DNA of 64,000 bases from Ignavibacteriota bacterium (lineage in GTDB: Bacteria > Bacteroidota > Ignavibacteria > UBA10030 > UBA6906), in the NCBI GenBank assembly GCA_963801355.1, contig CAWDEM010000008.1, forward strand, positions 1,632,001 through 1,696,000. The letters are read 5' to 3'. The translations under genes were made by a program, and so were the position numbers. A model generated the notes under the pieces. The model ran no database searches. It had not been told where the DNA came from and saw only the letters and a program-made list of their open reading frames with translations. Positions 30,373 to 40,281 of this stretch are shown one piece after another (the first letter of the stretch is position 1; every line of letters begins with the position of its first letter).

Positions 30373-32167
30373 CTACATTAACAGAGAAAAACTCTCTGTC
30401 GTTCCTGTTACCCGCACCATGGGCTCGACACTGGCGTGATCTGCCTCAACCTCCAGCACCGCCTGAAAAAAGCGTTGTTGCATTCCGGGGGGAAGGGTGA
30501 ACGCCGCCTCCAGAATTGGCTTCCAGTCTTCCGATCGGCCGCTGCCGAGATTCACGATCTGCTCAATCATGTGCTCCTCGGCAAGCGGCGACAACGCAGC
30601 CAGAATGGATTCCGCGATCTTCTTTTCCCTTGTCAGAAGACGCTCCAAAGCCTTCACATCGATGCGCTTCGCCGATGTGGCATGACGGCCATGGTCAGCA
30701 TTACTCCGCGCCGATCGCTGTGACGCCGGCTCGGTACCCATGCGCTGTTGCACTCTATCGTCCAGCACAGATGCGGTAACCCGCCATGTCGTCGTCTTGC
30801 CCAATTTGAGCACAAACTCAAGCAGGGCGCGGAGCCTGAACTCCACACGCCGCAGGAGATCCTTTTTGCCGAGAACCGCCGTACCGAATTCGGCTGAGAG
30901 AACTACTCCCCCGAGGCGAAGCCGGTTGACGATCTGCTCATGCACGCATCGCAGCCGCAGGGACTCGGCTTTGTTCAGAAGGAGCAGCCCGTTTTTGCTG
31001 ACACTGAATCTATCCGGATTGAGCTCGCTCAGGAAAAAGCGGAGACCCGAATGATCCACGGCAAACATCGTTGCGCTCTGGTCCATGCCCCGTTCATCGA
31101 TGACGAACGGTTGCCGACTCGGTGAATCGCTCAACGGTATGAGGGAGACCGCGTGTAGATAGGCGTCCTGATCCTCGAACGGATACTGTTTCCGATGGAC
31201 CTCCGGCGCGGGCGCCGATGGTATGGTAATCCGTGGAACGGTCGGTGGCGGCATAGCCGCGGGCGGCATGGCTGAGGGCGGCATAGCCGCAGGCGGCACA
31301 GCCGCGGGCGGCATGGCTGAGGGCGGCATGGCTGCGGGCGGCACAGCCGCGGGCGGCATGGCTGCGGGCGGCATGGCTGAGGGCGGCATAGCCGCAGGCG
31401 GCACAGCCGCGGGCGGCATGGCTGCGGGCGGCATGGCTGCTCGCGGTACGCCCGGAGGAGAAGGCACTGCTGCTTGTGGCACAGCCGGAGGAGAAGGCAC
31501 CGTCGCTCTTGGCACAGCTGGGGCCGCAGGCACTGTCGCTTGTGGCACAGGCGCAGGAGAAGGGACAGCCACTCGGGGCACAGCCGCAGGCGGCATGGCC
31601 GCGGTCGGCATGGCCGCAGGCGGCATGGCCGCGGTCGGCTGACCGCAGGCGGGACTGCCGCAGGCGGGACTGCCGCGGGCGGGACTGCTGTGCGTGACAC
31701 AGTTGGGGCCGGCATTGCCGGGGCCGGCATTGCCAGGGTTGGCGTAGCCCGGAGTGGCGTAGCCGCGGGAGGTGTGCCCGCGGGAGGTGTGCCCGCGGGA
31801 GGTGTGTCGCGGGAGGTGCAGTTGACGGAGGTGTAGTTGACGGAGCTGACGGCTTCGTCGCCGCAAGTGGCGATCCCGCGGGAGACGAAGCCACATGAGG
31901 CGCAGCGCCTCCCGGCAAGACCGCTGGAGGTTGAACAGCCAGCCCGATCTGGCTGGTAATCGGGGGCTCTCCCACGACAGGAATCTCAGGCAGGGCTTCG
32001 GGAAGAGGGTACTTCTCAAGAAATTCCTGGAGGGCATCGACAGCCCCACCAAGAACGACCGGAACATCTTTCTCCCCGAAGCGCGACAGGGCCCTTTGAA
32101 TCCTCTCATTCCTCGCGACACGAAGCATCAAATCGGCCAGAGCCGCGGCCCCCGATCTCTCTTTCAT
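30373..32167 (-). pseudogene. GvpL/GvpF-like domain protein with Pro/Ala-rich linker, split by two single-base deletions (true pseudogene or assembly error)
   Basis: N-terminus is in ORF 31094..32167, middle repeats in ORF 31131..31730, C-terminus in ORF 30373..32121. Restoring 1 nt at about 31806 and 1 nt at about 31640 gives one 1797-nt frame. C-terminal YLHAV..GMD..HEQIV..VL.AEFGT..W.V..ILEAAF..F..V..VTG..SF pattern resembles GvpL/F. Confidence 0.6.
31249..31850 (-). repeat. 15-bp (and 30-bp) coding tandem repeats encoding (M/V/T)PP(A/S)A
   Basis: About 13 near-perfect CGGCA(T/C)(A/G)GC(C/T)G(C/A)(A/G)GG units at 31249-31443, then 30-bp and degenerate 15-bp units. Confidence 0.9.
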
Positions 32168-32301
32168 TGGTTCCCTCCTCCGTTTCTGCGCATCTCAAGG
32201 CTTCACAATAGGCGAAGATACGCATTGCCAGGAACAACATCAAACTTGCGGTTCGAGTCGACTTTTGGTAGGTTTAGGTGCTGATTTGACTCTTTCACAC
32301 A

Positions 32302-32943
32302 ATGTACGGCATCATACTTGTGAGCACCAGGCCGCCAAGAACCCTTCCTGACAGCGAACTTATACGTGTCGCCCGGGAGGGCGATAATACAGCCTTCACC
32401 GAGCTTGTAAGGCGGTATGAAGACACCGTGTACCGTTTCTCATATAAGATCTGCCGGGATTCCGACAAAGCGGCTGAGACTCTTCAGGACACGTTTATCA
32501 ACGTTTTCAGAAAACTTGGGAGCTTTGACGGGAAATCCAAGTTCACTACCTGGTTGTATGCTATCGTCACCAACAATTGCCTGATGAAGCACCGGAAACG
32601 CAAAGGAGAATTGTTGGAAGAATCGCTCGAGGAGTATGATCATGCGGCCGCGCATTTCAAACACGGCCATTCAAAGGAGCTTGCCAGCGTCCAGCAGACG
32701 CCGGCAGAGATCGTCATCAGCAAGGAGATGCGTGAGATACTAGACCAGGCCATACTGCGTTTGCCGAAAGACTACCGGGTGGTTTTTGTGATGCGGGATA
32801 TTGAGGGGGAATCGAACGAAGACACGGCGCGCGCGCTGGGCCTGTCTGTGGAGGCAACGAAATCGCGTCTCCGCCGCGCTCGCGCGTTCCTTCGGGAACA
32901 GCTTGCGCCGTATGTAGAGTCGCCGACGAGGATGGCATCATGA
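32302..32943 (+). CDS. ECF RNA polymerase sigma-70 factor
   Basis: D.ELI..AFTELV.RY, QDTF, F.GKSKF.TWLY.I..N, LP..YR.VFVMRD.EG, VKSRL.RAR-like region 4. Confidence 0.93.
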   Translation: MYGIILVSTRPPRTLPDSELIRVAREGDNTAFTELVRRYEDTVYRFSYKICRDSDKAAETLQDTFINVFRKLGSFDGKSKFTTWLYAIVTNNCLMKHRKRKGELLEESLEEYDHAAAHFKHGHSKELASVQQTPAEIVISKEMREILDQAILRLPKDYRVVFVMRDIEGESNEDTARALGLSVEATKSRLRRARAFLREQLAPYVESPTRMAS

Positions 32944-33212
32944 AGTGCGATGAAGTGTACCTGCACATCTGTGACAGCCTGGATGAAGACCTGGCATCGC
33001 CACACTGCGTGGCGATAAAGAAGCACCTGGCGAAATGCCCGGATTGCCAGACCTATCTCAGCACATTGAAGTACACCATTGCGCTGTACCGGGCGGTGCC
33101 TGAGCCCCGCCTTCCTGCCAGAGCACACAAAGAGCTCTTCAAAACCATTTCCAGCCTGACGGTCGAAGCGGCAGAGGCCTGCCGCCCGCACAGGAAAGCT
33201 CGAAAAAGGTAG
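32940..33212 (+). CDS. Zinc-binding anti-sigma factor (zf-HC2/ZAS), soluble
   Basis: MKC...HLAKCPDC (HxxxCxxC); ATGA overlap with the sigma gene; no TM segment. Confidence 0.85.
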   Translation: MKCDEVYLHICDSLDEDLASPHCVAIKKHLAKCPDCQTYLSTLKYTIALYRAVPEPRLPARAHKELFKTISSLTVEAAEACRPHRKARKR

Positions 33213-33218
33213 CCACGC

Positions 33219-33611
33219 ATGGTTTCGCTTCTTCTCTATCTGGTCGGAGGTATCGCGCTCCTCATTCTCATTGCACAGATCGCCTTCACGGTGGGTGCGC
33301 GCAAGCAGATCGGCCGGGAAGTGGGAAACCTACGGGGCGTTCTGGGAGAGGCGGTGCGGACCGGCGTCACGATCGTCGCCTATTTCTATTCGCCGACCTG
33401 CAAGATCTGCCGTACTCAAACGCCGATCATAGACAGACTGGCCGCCGAATACGACAACATCTTCAGTATCGATGTCACCGAAGAATTCGAAATGGCACGG
33501 GCGCTCGGGATTCACACGACGCCGACAATTGTCATATTCGAAGGGGGTGAAATCCGCGACCTCCTGGTGGGCCCCAGGAGCGAAGAAATGCTGCGCGAGG
33601 CGTTGTTTTAG
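33219..33611 (+). CDS. Membrane-anchored thioredoxin-family protein
   Basis: N-terminal TM, FYSPTCKICRTQTP, cis-Pro loop GIHTTPT. Confidence 0.85.
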   Translation: MVSLLLYLVGGIALLILIAQIAFTVGARKQIGREVGNLRGVLGEAVRTGVTIVAYFYSPTCKICRTQTPIIDRLAAEYDNIFSIDVTEEFEMARALGIHTTPTIVIFEGGEIRDLLVGPRSEEMLREALF

Positions 33612-33614
33612 GTT

Positions 33615-35129
33615 TCAGAGTTGCTTTGCCAATTTGCTTTTCCTCCAGCCGTACGCAAAATATACCCCCAATCCCAGCGCCAGCCAGATCCCGAACCGCA
33701 CCCAGGTTATCCACGGGAGCCCTGCCATCAGGTAAAGACAACTCGCTATGCCAAGAATGGGAACGACGGGCACCCAGGGAGTCCGGAAGGCACGCGCACG
33801 ATCGGGATCTTTGTACCGGAGCACAATGACTCCCACGCAGACCAGCACAAAGGCAAACAGAGTGCCGATATTCGTGAGTTCGACGATCTCGTTGATGTTG
33901 GCGACTGCCGAAACGCAGGCCACGGCAACACCGGTCCACAGAGTAGTCACATGCGGAGTCCGGTATTTGGGATGCACCTTCGCAAAGTACTCGGGAAGAA
34001 GTCCATCGCGCGACATCGAGAAAAATATCCTGGGCTGACCGTACTGGAACACCAGCAGCACGGCACTCATGGACACAACCGCTCCGACGGCAACAATGCC
34101 AGCGGAGACATCGGCGTGAACATACGCAAACGCTGCCGCCAGCGGATCCGCAACGCCCAGCTGATTCCAGGGGACCATGCCCGTCAGGACCATGGCCACC
34201 GCGATATAGATAACCGTGCAGATGACCAGGGAACCGATGATACCGATGGGGAGGTCACGCGAGGGCCGCTTGCATTCCTCCGCAGCCGTGGATATGGCAT
34301 CGAAGCCGATGTACGCGAAGAAGATCAGGCTTGCACCCACCCAGACACCGGAGAATCCGTTCGGCATGAACGGTGACCAGTTCTCGGGTTTGACGTACTG
34401 GGCACCCGCATAGACAAAGAAACCGAGAATGAGGAGTTTGATGCCGACCATCACATTGTTGACGCGCGCGGATTCTTTGACACCCACGATGAGCAGCCAC
34501 GTGATGACGGCAACGATCCCGACCGCCAGGAAATTGAAGATAATGGGAATTCCTGCTATTACGGGCCGGGTGACCCAGGCTTCGTGGGCAAGGAGAACAG
34601 CGGGGTCCACACTCTTCCCTGCCTGGGCGACCATATCAGCCGCTTGGGCGGCGGAGCGGAAGTCGACGGCAAGCCAGGCGGGAATGTGCCATCCCAGGCC
34701 GGCGCAGAGCTGGTGAAAATAGGCTGCCCACGCGATCGCCACCGCCACATTCCCCACGGCATACTCAATAATGAGATCCCAGCCGATGATCCACGCCACG
34801 ATCTCGCCGAGGGTGGCATAGGAGTAGGTGTACGCACTTCCGGAGATCGGAACAAGCGAGGCGAATTCTGCATAGCACAATCCGCAGAATGCACACGCCA
34901 CCGCCGTAAAAATAAACGAGACGACGATCGCCGGCCCGGCCCCCGGACGCATGAGGTCGCCGGCCACCGCCGTGCCGATCGTCGCAAAAATGCCGGCACC
35001 GATGATCGCCCCGATACCAAGCATGACAACATCGAATGCCCCGAGGACCCGTTTCAACTGGTGCTGTGCCCCGGCGGCATCTGCAAGAATGCGGTCCAGG
35101 CTTTTCGTCCGGAACAGTCGTTGTAGCAT
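33615..35129 (-). CDS. APC family amino acid permease (cationic amino acid transporter-like)
   Basis: GIGAIIGAGIF, AGPA, YAEFAS.VP.SGSAYTY, FFAYIGFDA, RDGLLP, NIGTLFAF. Confidence 0.93.
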   Translation of the reverse strand: MLQRLFRTKSLDRILADAAGAQHQLKRVLGAFDVVMLGIGAIIGAGIFATIGTAVAGDLMRPGAGPAIVVSFIFTAVACAFCGLCYAEFASLVPISGSAYTYSYATLGEIVAWIIGWDLIIEYAVGNVAVAIAWAAYFHQLCAGLGWHIPAWLAVDFRSAAQAADMVAQAGKSVDPAVLLAHEAWVTRPVIAGIPIIFNFLAVGIVAVITWLLIVGVKESARVNNVMVGIKLLILGFFVYAGAQYVKPENWSPFMPNGFSGVWVGASLIFFAYIGFDAISTAAEECKRPSRDLPIGIIGSLVICTVIYIAVAMVLTGMVPWNQLGVADPLAAAFAYVHADVSAGIVAVGAVVSMSAVLLVFQYGQPRIFFSMSRDGLLPEYFAKVHPKYRTPHVTTLWTGVAVACVSAVANINEIVELTNIGTLFAFVLVCVGVIVLRYKDPDRARAFRTPWVPVVPILGIASCLYLMAGLPWITWVRFGIWLALGLGVYFAYGWRKSKLAKQL

Positions 35130-35199
35130 CAGAACGTTTCCAGTGAATTGATGGACAACCGGGAAGTCGTGCTTGTTGCCAGGTCCTTGCCGCACCCGC

Positions 35200-36240
35200 T
35201 CAGGAAAACCGGTACTTGCGGTATGTGCTGATGCCTTCTTTGAGCACGACCTTGAAGAAGCCCGTCACCGGGACTGCAAGCAGCATCCCGAGTATCCCGA
35301 AGAGCCCGCCGCCGACCATGATAGCAATCAGCACAAGCACGGGATGCAGCTCGACAGATGTCGCCAGAACGAGCGGTTGGACGACAAAGTCGTCTATGAG
35401 CTTCAGGATGACGAATGCGATGACCACGGTGAGCGCGCTTCCCAGATTGCCACTGCCGAGAACCGCAACAATGGCAGCAGGGATCATGCCGGCAATCGGG
35501 CCGACGTAGGGAATCAGGTTCGCCAGGCCGGCGAATACACCGAGGAACACAAAGTAATTCACACCGAGGATCCAGAGGGCAATGATGGAGAGGATGCCGA
35601 ACGTGAGGGCATCCACAAACTGGCCGCGCAGGTAGTTTCCCAACTGGACGTCCATTTTGTACAGAAGGTCCAGCACGAATTCGAAGTAACGGTTCGGCAC
35701 CATGCTCACAATGTTCTTCTTCATATCACGTCCGTCCTTCAGGAAGAAGAACATCATAAAGGGGATGGTCACGACGGAGATGACGATACCAAGCGCATCG
35801 TTCACCACAAACTCAAACACGGCTTCGCCAAGCGTGCGCCTGAATTCATGGATTCTCGCACCCAGATCAAAATCATCCAGCCCCAGGAATGACAACCGTT
35901 CTCGTACAGCCTGCTGGATTGTTTCGATGGCGGACGCCGCAGCCTGGGTCGTTGGGCCCGATTGGAGGGCCCGGACCTGCTCGGCAAACACGGGAATGAA
36001 CAGGACTGCAGTAGCACCAATGATCACCCCGAGGCCCAGCATGACCAGCAGAGTGGCGGCCCAGCGTGGCGCACCGCGTGCCTCAACCGCCGTGACAATG
36101 GGATCCAGGATATAGGCCAGCAGGAGAGCGATGATGACCACCTGCGCGGCATGACCCACGAAGAGCAAAACAATTGCCGCGACCGCGGCGATCAGCAGCG
36201 GTGCCAGTTCCCAGAAAGGACGCGTTTTGGGGAAGGTCAT
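35200..36240 (-). CDS. AI-2E family transporter
   Basis: LAYILDP.V, FFFLKDG, YLRGQ, NLIPYVGP, LHP, GG.LFG.LGMLLAVP. Confidence 0.92.
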   Translation of the reverse strand: MTFPKTRPFWELAPLLIAAVAAIVLLFVGHAAQVVIIALLLAYILDPIVTAVEARGAPRWAATLLVMLGLGVIIGATAVLFIPVFAEQVRALQSGPTTQAAASAIETIQQAVRERLSFLGLDDFDLGARIHEFRRTLGEAVFEFVVNDALGIVISVVTIPFMMFFFLKDGRDMKKNIVSMVPNRYFEFVLDLLYKMDVQLGNYLRGQFVDALTFGILSIIALWILGVNYFVFLGVFAGLANLIPYVGPIAGMIPAAIVAVLGSGNLGSALTVVIAFVILKLIDDFVVQPLVLATSVELHPVLVLIAIMVGGGLFGILGMLLAVPVTGFFKVVLKEGISTYRKYRFS

Positions 36241-36776
36241 TGCCGGTCTGCTTTTTGTTCTGCGCTGCGCACGCGCCGAAGCTCTTCGCTCAGGGTCTGC
36301 ATCTGCTGGTTCGCTTTCCGCAACCGGTCACCGATGATCTTTGCCACGCGCACGACCAGCTTGACGCCGAACCGGGGATCACGCTCGATGAGCGAAAACA
36401 AATCGGATTGGAAGAAACCCAGGATCACGCAGTGGGTCCGCGCGATGACAGTCGCGGAACGGGGGGTCTCGTCAAGAAGCGATACTTCACCGAAAAAATC
36501 GCCGTCGACAAGCTCCGACAGATGGATATTGCCCGGTTCCGACATCACGGCAGCTCTCCCCTGTTGCATGATGTACATCCCGAGGCCGGGCTCGTCCTGG
36601 CGGATGATCACTTCATCGGGAACGTATTCCCGCCGGTGGAGGACGCGGGCAACCGCTGCAAACTCGCGTTTGGAGAGACCTTGGAAAATCGGAATCTTTT
36701 CAAGCACGGTCAGCAAGTCTTCGGCTTCCCCGGTCTTGCGGCGATAGCCGAAGACACGTGCACGGATGTCGGTCAT
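36237..36776 (-). CDS. Stand-alone cyclic nucleotide-binding domain protein
   Basis: IPIFQGL, IIRQDEPG..MYI..G, FFGEVSLLDETPRSATV; short coiled-coil tail; no HTH. Confidence 0.88.
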   Translation of the reverse strand: MTDIRARVFGYRRKTGEAEDLLTVLEKIPIFQGLSKREFAAVARVLHRREYVPDEVIIRQDEPGLGMYIMQQGRAAVMSEPGNIHLSELVDGDFFGEVSLLDETPRSATVIARTHCVILGFFQSDLFSLIERDPRFGVKLVVRVAKIIGDRLRKANQQMQTLSEELRRVRSAEQKADRQ

Positions 36777-36834
36777 GCGCACTCCACAGGTGGTAATTCC
36801 AGTGGGCGTAATATACTTGTTTCGAAGTGAAAAA

Positions 36835-39231
36835 TCACGCCACCGATCGTGCCGCCAATGCACTCGCGCCGTGACGCTCAACTATCCTGCGCAGCTCTTC
36901 GATGCGAATCGGCTTGCTGATGTAGTCATCCATTCCGGACTGGAGGCACCGCTCCCGATCTCCATACATCGCATTTGCGGTCATCGCAATTATTCGCGGC
37001 CGGGCATCGGGAAGCGCACCGCTGACAATCCTCCGGGTGGCCTCAAAACCGTCCATTACGGGCATCTGCACATCCATGAGGATCAGATCGTACGGCCGTT
37101 GTGCGAGGGCATCGAGGACCTCCTGGCCGTCCGCCACACAGTCGGCACGGTAACCCATCTTTCTGAGAATGGCAAGCGCCAGCGCCTGATTGACCGGGTT
37201 GTCTTCGGCGACAAGAATACGCAACGGTATACGGCTCGCCAATGACTTGTCCAGTACCGTGTCGTGGGAATTCCGCGGCGGGTGCATTACGCGCAAACCC
37301 AGGATTGCCCCCATAACCTTTTCGAGAGCCCCGCGTTTGATAGGTTTGTGCAGATGTCCATCAAAGAACGCCGAGACCTCATCCACGCGCGAGGTGAGCG
37401 ACGAGGGCGGCGCCAGCAACAGTTGAGGCAGCCTATCACAAGATGGGATCGCCTTGGCTTGCCGTGCGAATTCCACTCCGTCCATTTCCGGCATGAGAAG
37501 ATCCACGAGCACCAGATCGAACTTCTCTGTGCCCCGGAGGGCGTCCAGGGCCGTCCGCGCACTCGTCGTCACGCGTGGTATCATGCCGAGCTGCTCGCAC
37601 AGAGCGCCAAGAGCCCGGGACTGCGTGGCATTATCATCCACGATCAGAACTCTGGATCCCCGGCGCTTGTCCGGCCCGCCGGCGTGCGATGGCAACCGCA
37701 TGGTCTCGACACCTACACGCAACGAAATGGTGAATGTCGAACCCCTCTGGTCTTCGCTCTCAACTTCAATCGTCCCGCCCATCAACTCGACCAGCCGCTT
37801 CGAGATCGCCAGCCCCAGCCCTGTACCCCCGAACTTTCTCGTGATGGAGAGATCACCCTGGCTGAACGGTTGAAACAACCTCCCGAGACTCTCCTGGGAA
37901 ATGCCGATGCCGGTATCGCGCACGTGTATCTGTAGATCCACAAGCTCTCCGGACAGGGGCCGGGCGGATGCAGTGACACAGATCTCCCCGGTGTGAGTGA
38001 ACTTCACAGCATTGCCGATCACGTTGACGAGCACCTGACGCAACCGTGTGACGTCTCCGACAAGTATGTCCGGAACAGAGGGGTCGATCATTCCGATCAG
38101 TTCGACACTCTTCTCGGCCGCCCGGGAAGCAAACAATTCCAACGACTCCTCAACGCACGATGTCAATGAGAAGGGCTGCTGCTCCAGTTCAATGCGGCCG
38201 GATTCGATTTTTGAAAAGTCCAGGATGTCATTCAGGATTGCGAGAAGTGCTTCTCCGCTGCGGCGGACCGTCTCGGCAAATTCCCGCTGCTCGGGCGTCA
38301 GAGGAGTCTCCAGGAGAAGACTGGTCATCCCGATGACACCGTTCATGGGTGTCCTGATTTCGTGGCTCATGACGGCAAGAAAACTGGCTTTTGCGCGGCT
38401 CGCTTCTTCGGCAGCTTCCTTGGCAATGCGCAGCTGTTCCGCGTGCCGGCGAAGCTCTTCTTCAGCACGGTGTTTTTCTGAGAAGTCACGGAAAATGCCG
38501 AATGTGCCGGTCAGCTCACCCTTCCCGTCAAATTGAGGAGTTGCCGTGATCAGAATCATCCGCGTCTGACCGTCCGGACGGCAGATCTCGATCGGATAAC
38601 TCCCCTTGACCCCCTTCCGCCTCACCTCGGTTTGTGTCTTCACTTTCGCAAATGTCTCGGGAGTAGTGAAATCGCTGAGCGACCGACCGACAAGTTCGCC
38701 TGGGCCGACACCGAAGATCGATTCTGCAGTGGGATTGGCGAACGTAAAACGCTCTCCGAGGTCGGCAAACACAATCCCTTCCCCGGTATTTTCTATCAGC
38801 ATGCGATAAAGCTGTTCACTGTCCCTGAGCTTCCTGTCCATCTTGTGCCGGTAGATCGCCATCTCTACCGTGGCAACAAGTTCCCGTTCGTCAAACGGCT
38901 TGAGAACATATCCAAACGGGCCTATCTCTGTGGCCCTGCGGAGAGTTTCCTTGTCCGAATAGGACGTCACGAAGACCACCGGAATGTCGGCTTCGGCACG
39001 AATCTGCGCGGCCGAGGTAATGCCGTCGAATTCGCCGTCCATCCCGATGTCCATGAGTACAAGGTCGGGCTTCTGCTCCAGGGAAACACGCACCGCGTCC
39101 ACACCCCGGCCTACATTCCCCACGACCCGGTATCCGAGCGCCTGCATGCGCCGGGCAAGATCCGCGGCGACGATGCGCTCGTCATCGGCAATCACAATCC
39201 GCAACTCTTCTTTTGCAGTTTCTGTGCCCAT
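36835..39231 (-). CDS. Cytoplasmic hybrid histidine kinase (REC-PAS-HisKA-HATPase-REC-REC)
   Basis: Intact H-box MSHEIRTPMN, N-box NAVKFT, DTGIG, GGTGLGL; three receivers with acidic pairs, Asp and KP; no Hpt. Confidence 0.92.
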   Translation of the reverse strand: MGTETAKEELRIVIADDERIVAADLARRMQALGYRVVGNVGRGVDAVRVSLEQKPDLVLMDIGMDGEFDGITSAAQIRAEADIPVVFVTSYSDKETLRRATEIGPFGYVLKPFDERELVATVEMAIYRHKMDRKLRDSEQLYRMLIENTGEGIVFADLGERFTFANPTAESIFGVGPGELVGRSLSDFTTPETFAKVKTQTEVRRKGVKGSYPIEICRPDGQTRMILITATPQFDGKGELTGTFGIFRDFSEKHRAEEELRRHAEQLRIAKEAAEEASRAKASFLAVMSHEIRTPMNGVIGMTSLLLETPLTPEQREFAETVRRSGEALLAILNDILDFSKIESGRIELEQQPFSLTSCVEESLELFASRAAEKSVELIGMIDPSVPDILVGDVTRLRQVLVNVIGNAVKFTHTGEICVTASARPLSGELVDLQIHVRDTGIGISQESLGRLFQPFSQGDLSITRKFGGTGLGLAISKRLVELMGGTIEVESEDQRGSTFTISLRVGVETMRLPSHAGGPDKRRGSRVLIVDDNATQSRALGALCEQLGMIPRVTTSARTALDALRGTEKFDLVLVDLLMPEMDGVEFARQAKAIPSCDRLPQLLLAPPSSLTSRVDEVSAFFDGHLHKPIKRGALEKVMGAILGLRVMHPPRNSHDTVLDKSLASRIPLRILVAEDNPVNQALALAILRKMGYRADCVADGQEVLDALAQRPYDLILMDVQMPVMDGFEATRRIVSGALPDARPRIIAMTANAMYGDRERCLQSGMDDYISKPIRIEELRRIVERHGASALAARSVA

Positions 39232-39348
39232 ACATCGCACACGGGTTACAAGAGCCATACCAAGTCCTGAAATGGCCCGCAGAGATGAGAAAGCGCAAAA
39301 ACGTGCTCCAGGTGAGGAAAACGGGCCCGGGAAAGCGTTGAGAGAGGG

Positions 39349-40281
39349 TTAGCGGAGGGAAGATTGAAGAATTTTTACGAATTCCGAGCGCACTGCGGGA
39401 TCCCCGCAGTGAACCACTCCGGCAAGATACCTGCCGACACAGAGGAGGGCCATTTCGCCCTGATGTACGTCGCGAATCGTGCGGAGGCTGTCGACAGAAA
39501 CCGGACTATGATTTACTTCGGTAAGGGCGGCAAGCATCGCGCGAGCACCTGACTCAGAATCAGCCGGGATGACAAAGACCTCAAAGAGGCCCCCTTCGCG
39601 ATACTGAGCGACATATGCCCCTCTGAGGAACGAATACCCGAGGAAGCTCTCCGCAACGTATTGCTCCGAATTCGGCACGCGGTTTCTTGACGGCAGTAAC
39701 CCTAGCACGCCCGGCCAGGAGGTCGGCCCCCTTAGAGCACCCGCCACTGCGCGCGCCACTTTGAGCAACGACTGCTGAACCGTATCACCAACATCATTCG
39801 ATGATAGCTTCACATAATACTCTCCCGCAAGGAAATTGACGATCCCCTCTTCTGCATATCCCTGCGTCCCGATATCCAGAAAATGGTTTTCGGGCGACCG
39901 TTCCTGCGAATACATGCCGAAGGCATCCTCCGGAGTCTTGTGTCTATAGACCTCCGCCCGGATTTCAGCGCTGCCGGCACAGCGGTAGTACGCGATGTGG
40001 AGATCCATAAACCGGTAAATCACAAATACCTCGGCCGCCCCATCGATGAATTCCCAGAGATTGGAGGCATCATACACCATCGCCTCAGTCGTGAGCACGA
40101 ATCCTGGAATTTCCGGAAAGACAACCGGCACGCCTCCGGCGGCGGCACACGGTCGGCCGGCGGCGTGGGGGGCAAGACCCAGGAGTGCAATGAGCAAAGA
40201 TGCGGTGATCAACCTAAGCAAGGAATTCCTCCGGAATGGATCCCACCCGCTGGACATCGGCGATTCGTTCGGCAACATCAA
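39349..40281 (-). CDS. DUF6599-like secreted protein
   Basis: Hydrophobic leader; YDASNLWEFIDGAAE.F..Y.F, EVY...AFGMYSQER, YYVKL; start uncertain. Confidence 0.6.
   Translation of the reverse strand: MMLPNESPMSSGWDPFRRNSLLRLITASLLIALLGLAPHAAGRPCAAAGGVPVVFPEIPGFVLTTEAMVYDASNLWEFIDGAAEVFVIYRFMDLHIAYYRCAGSAEIRAEVYRHKTPEDAFGMYSQERSPENHFLDIGTQGYAEEGIVNFLAGEYYVKLSSNDVGDTVQQSLLKVARAVAGALRGPTSWPGVLGLLPSRNRVPNSEQYVAESFLGYSFLRGAYVAQYREGGLFEVFVIPADSESGARAMLAALTEVNHSPVSVDSLRTIRDVHQGEMALLCVGRYLAGVVHCGDPAVRSEFVKILQSSLR

Noticed and set aside
31249-31850. Tandem repeats as a CRISPR array
   Set aside because: Units are 15 bp, contiguous, have no spacers and vary at codon positions; no cas genes. This is a coding low-complexity linker.
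30373-32167. Gas vesicle gene cluster
   Set aside because: Only one divergent GvpL/F-like domain; no gvpA, J, K, N or O in the window.
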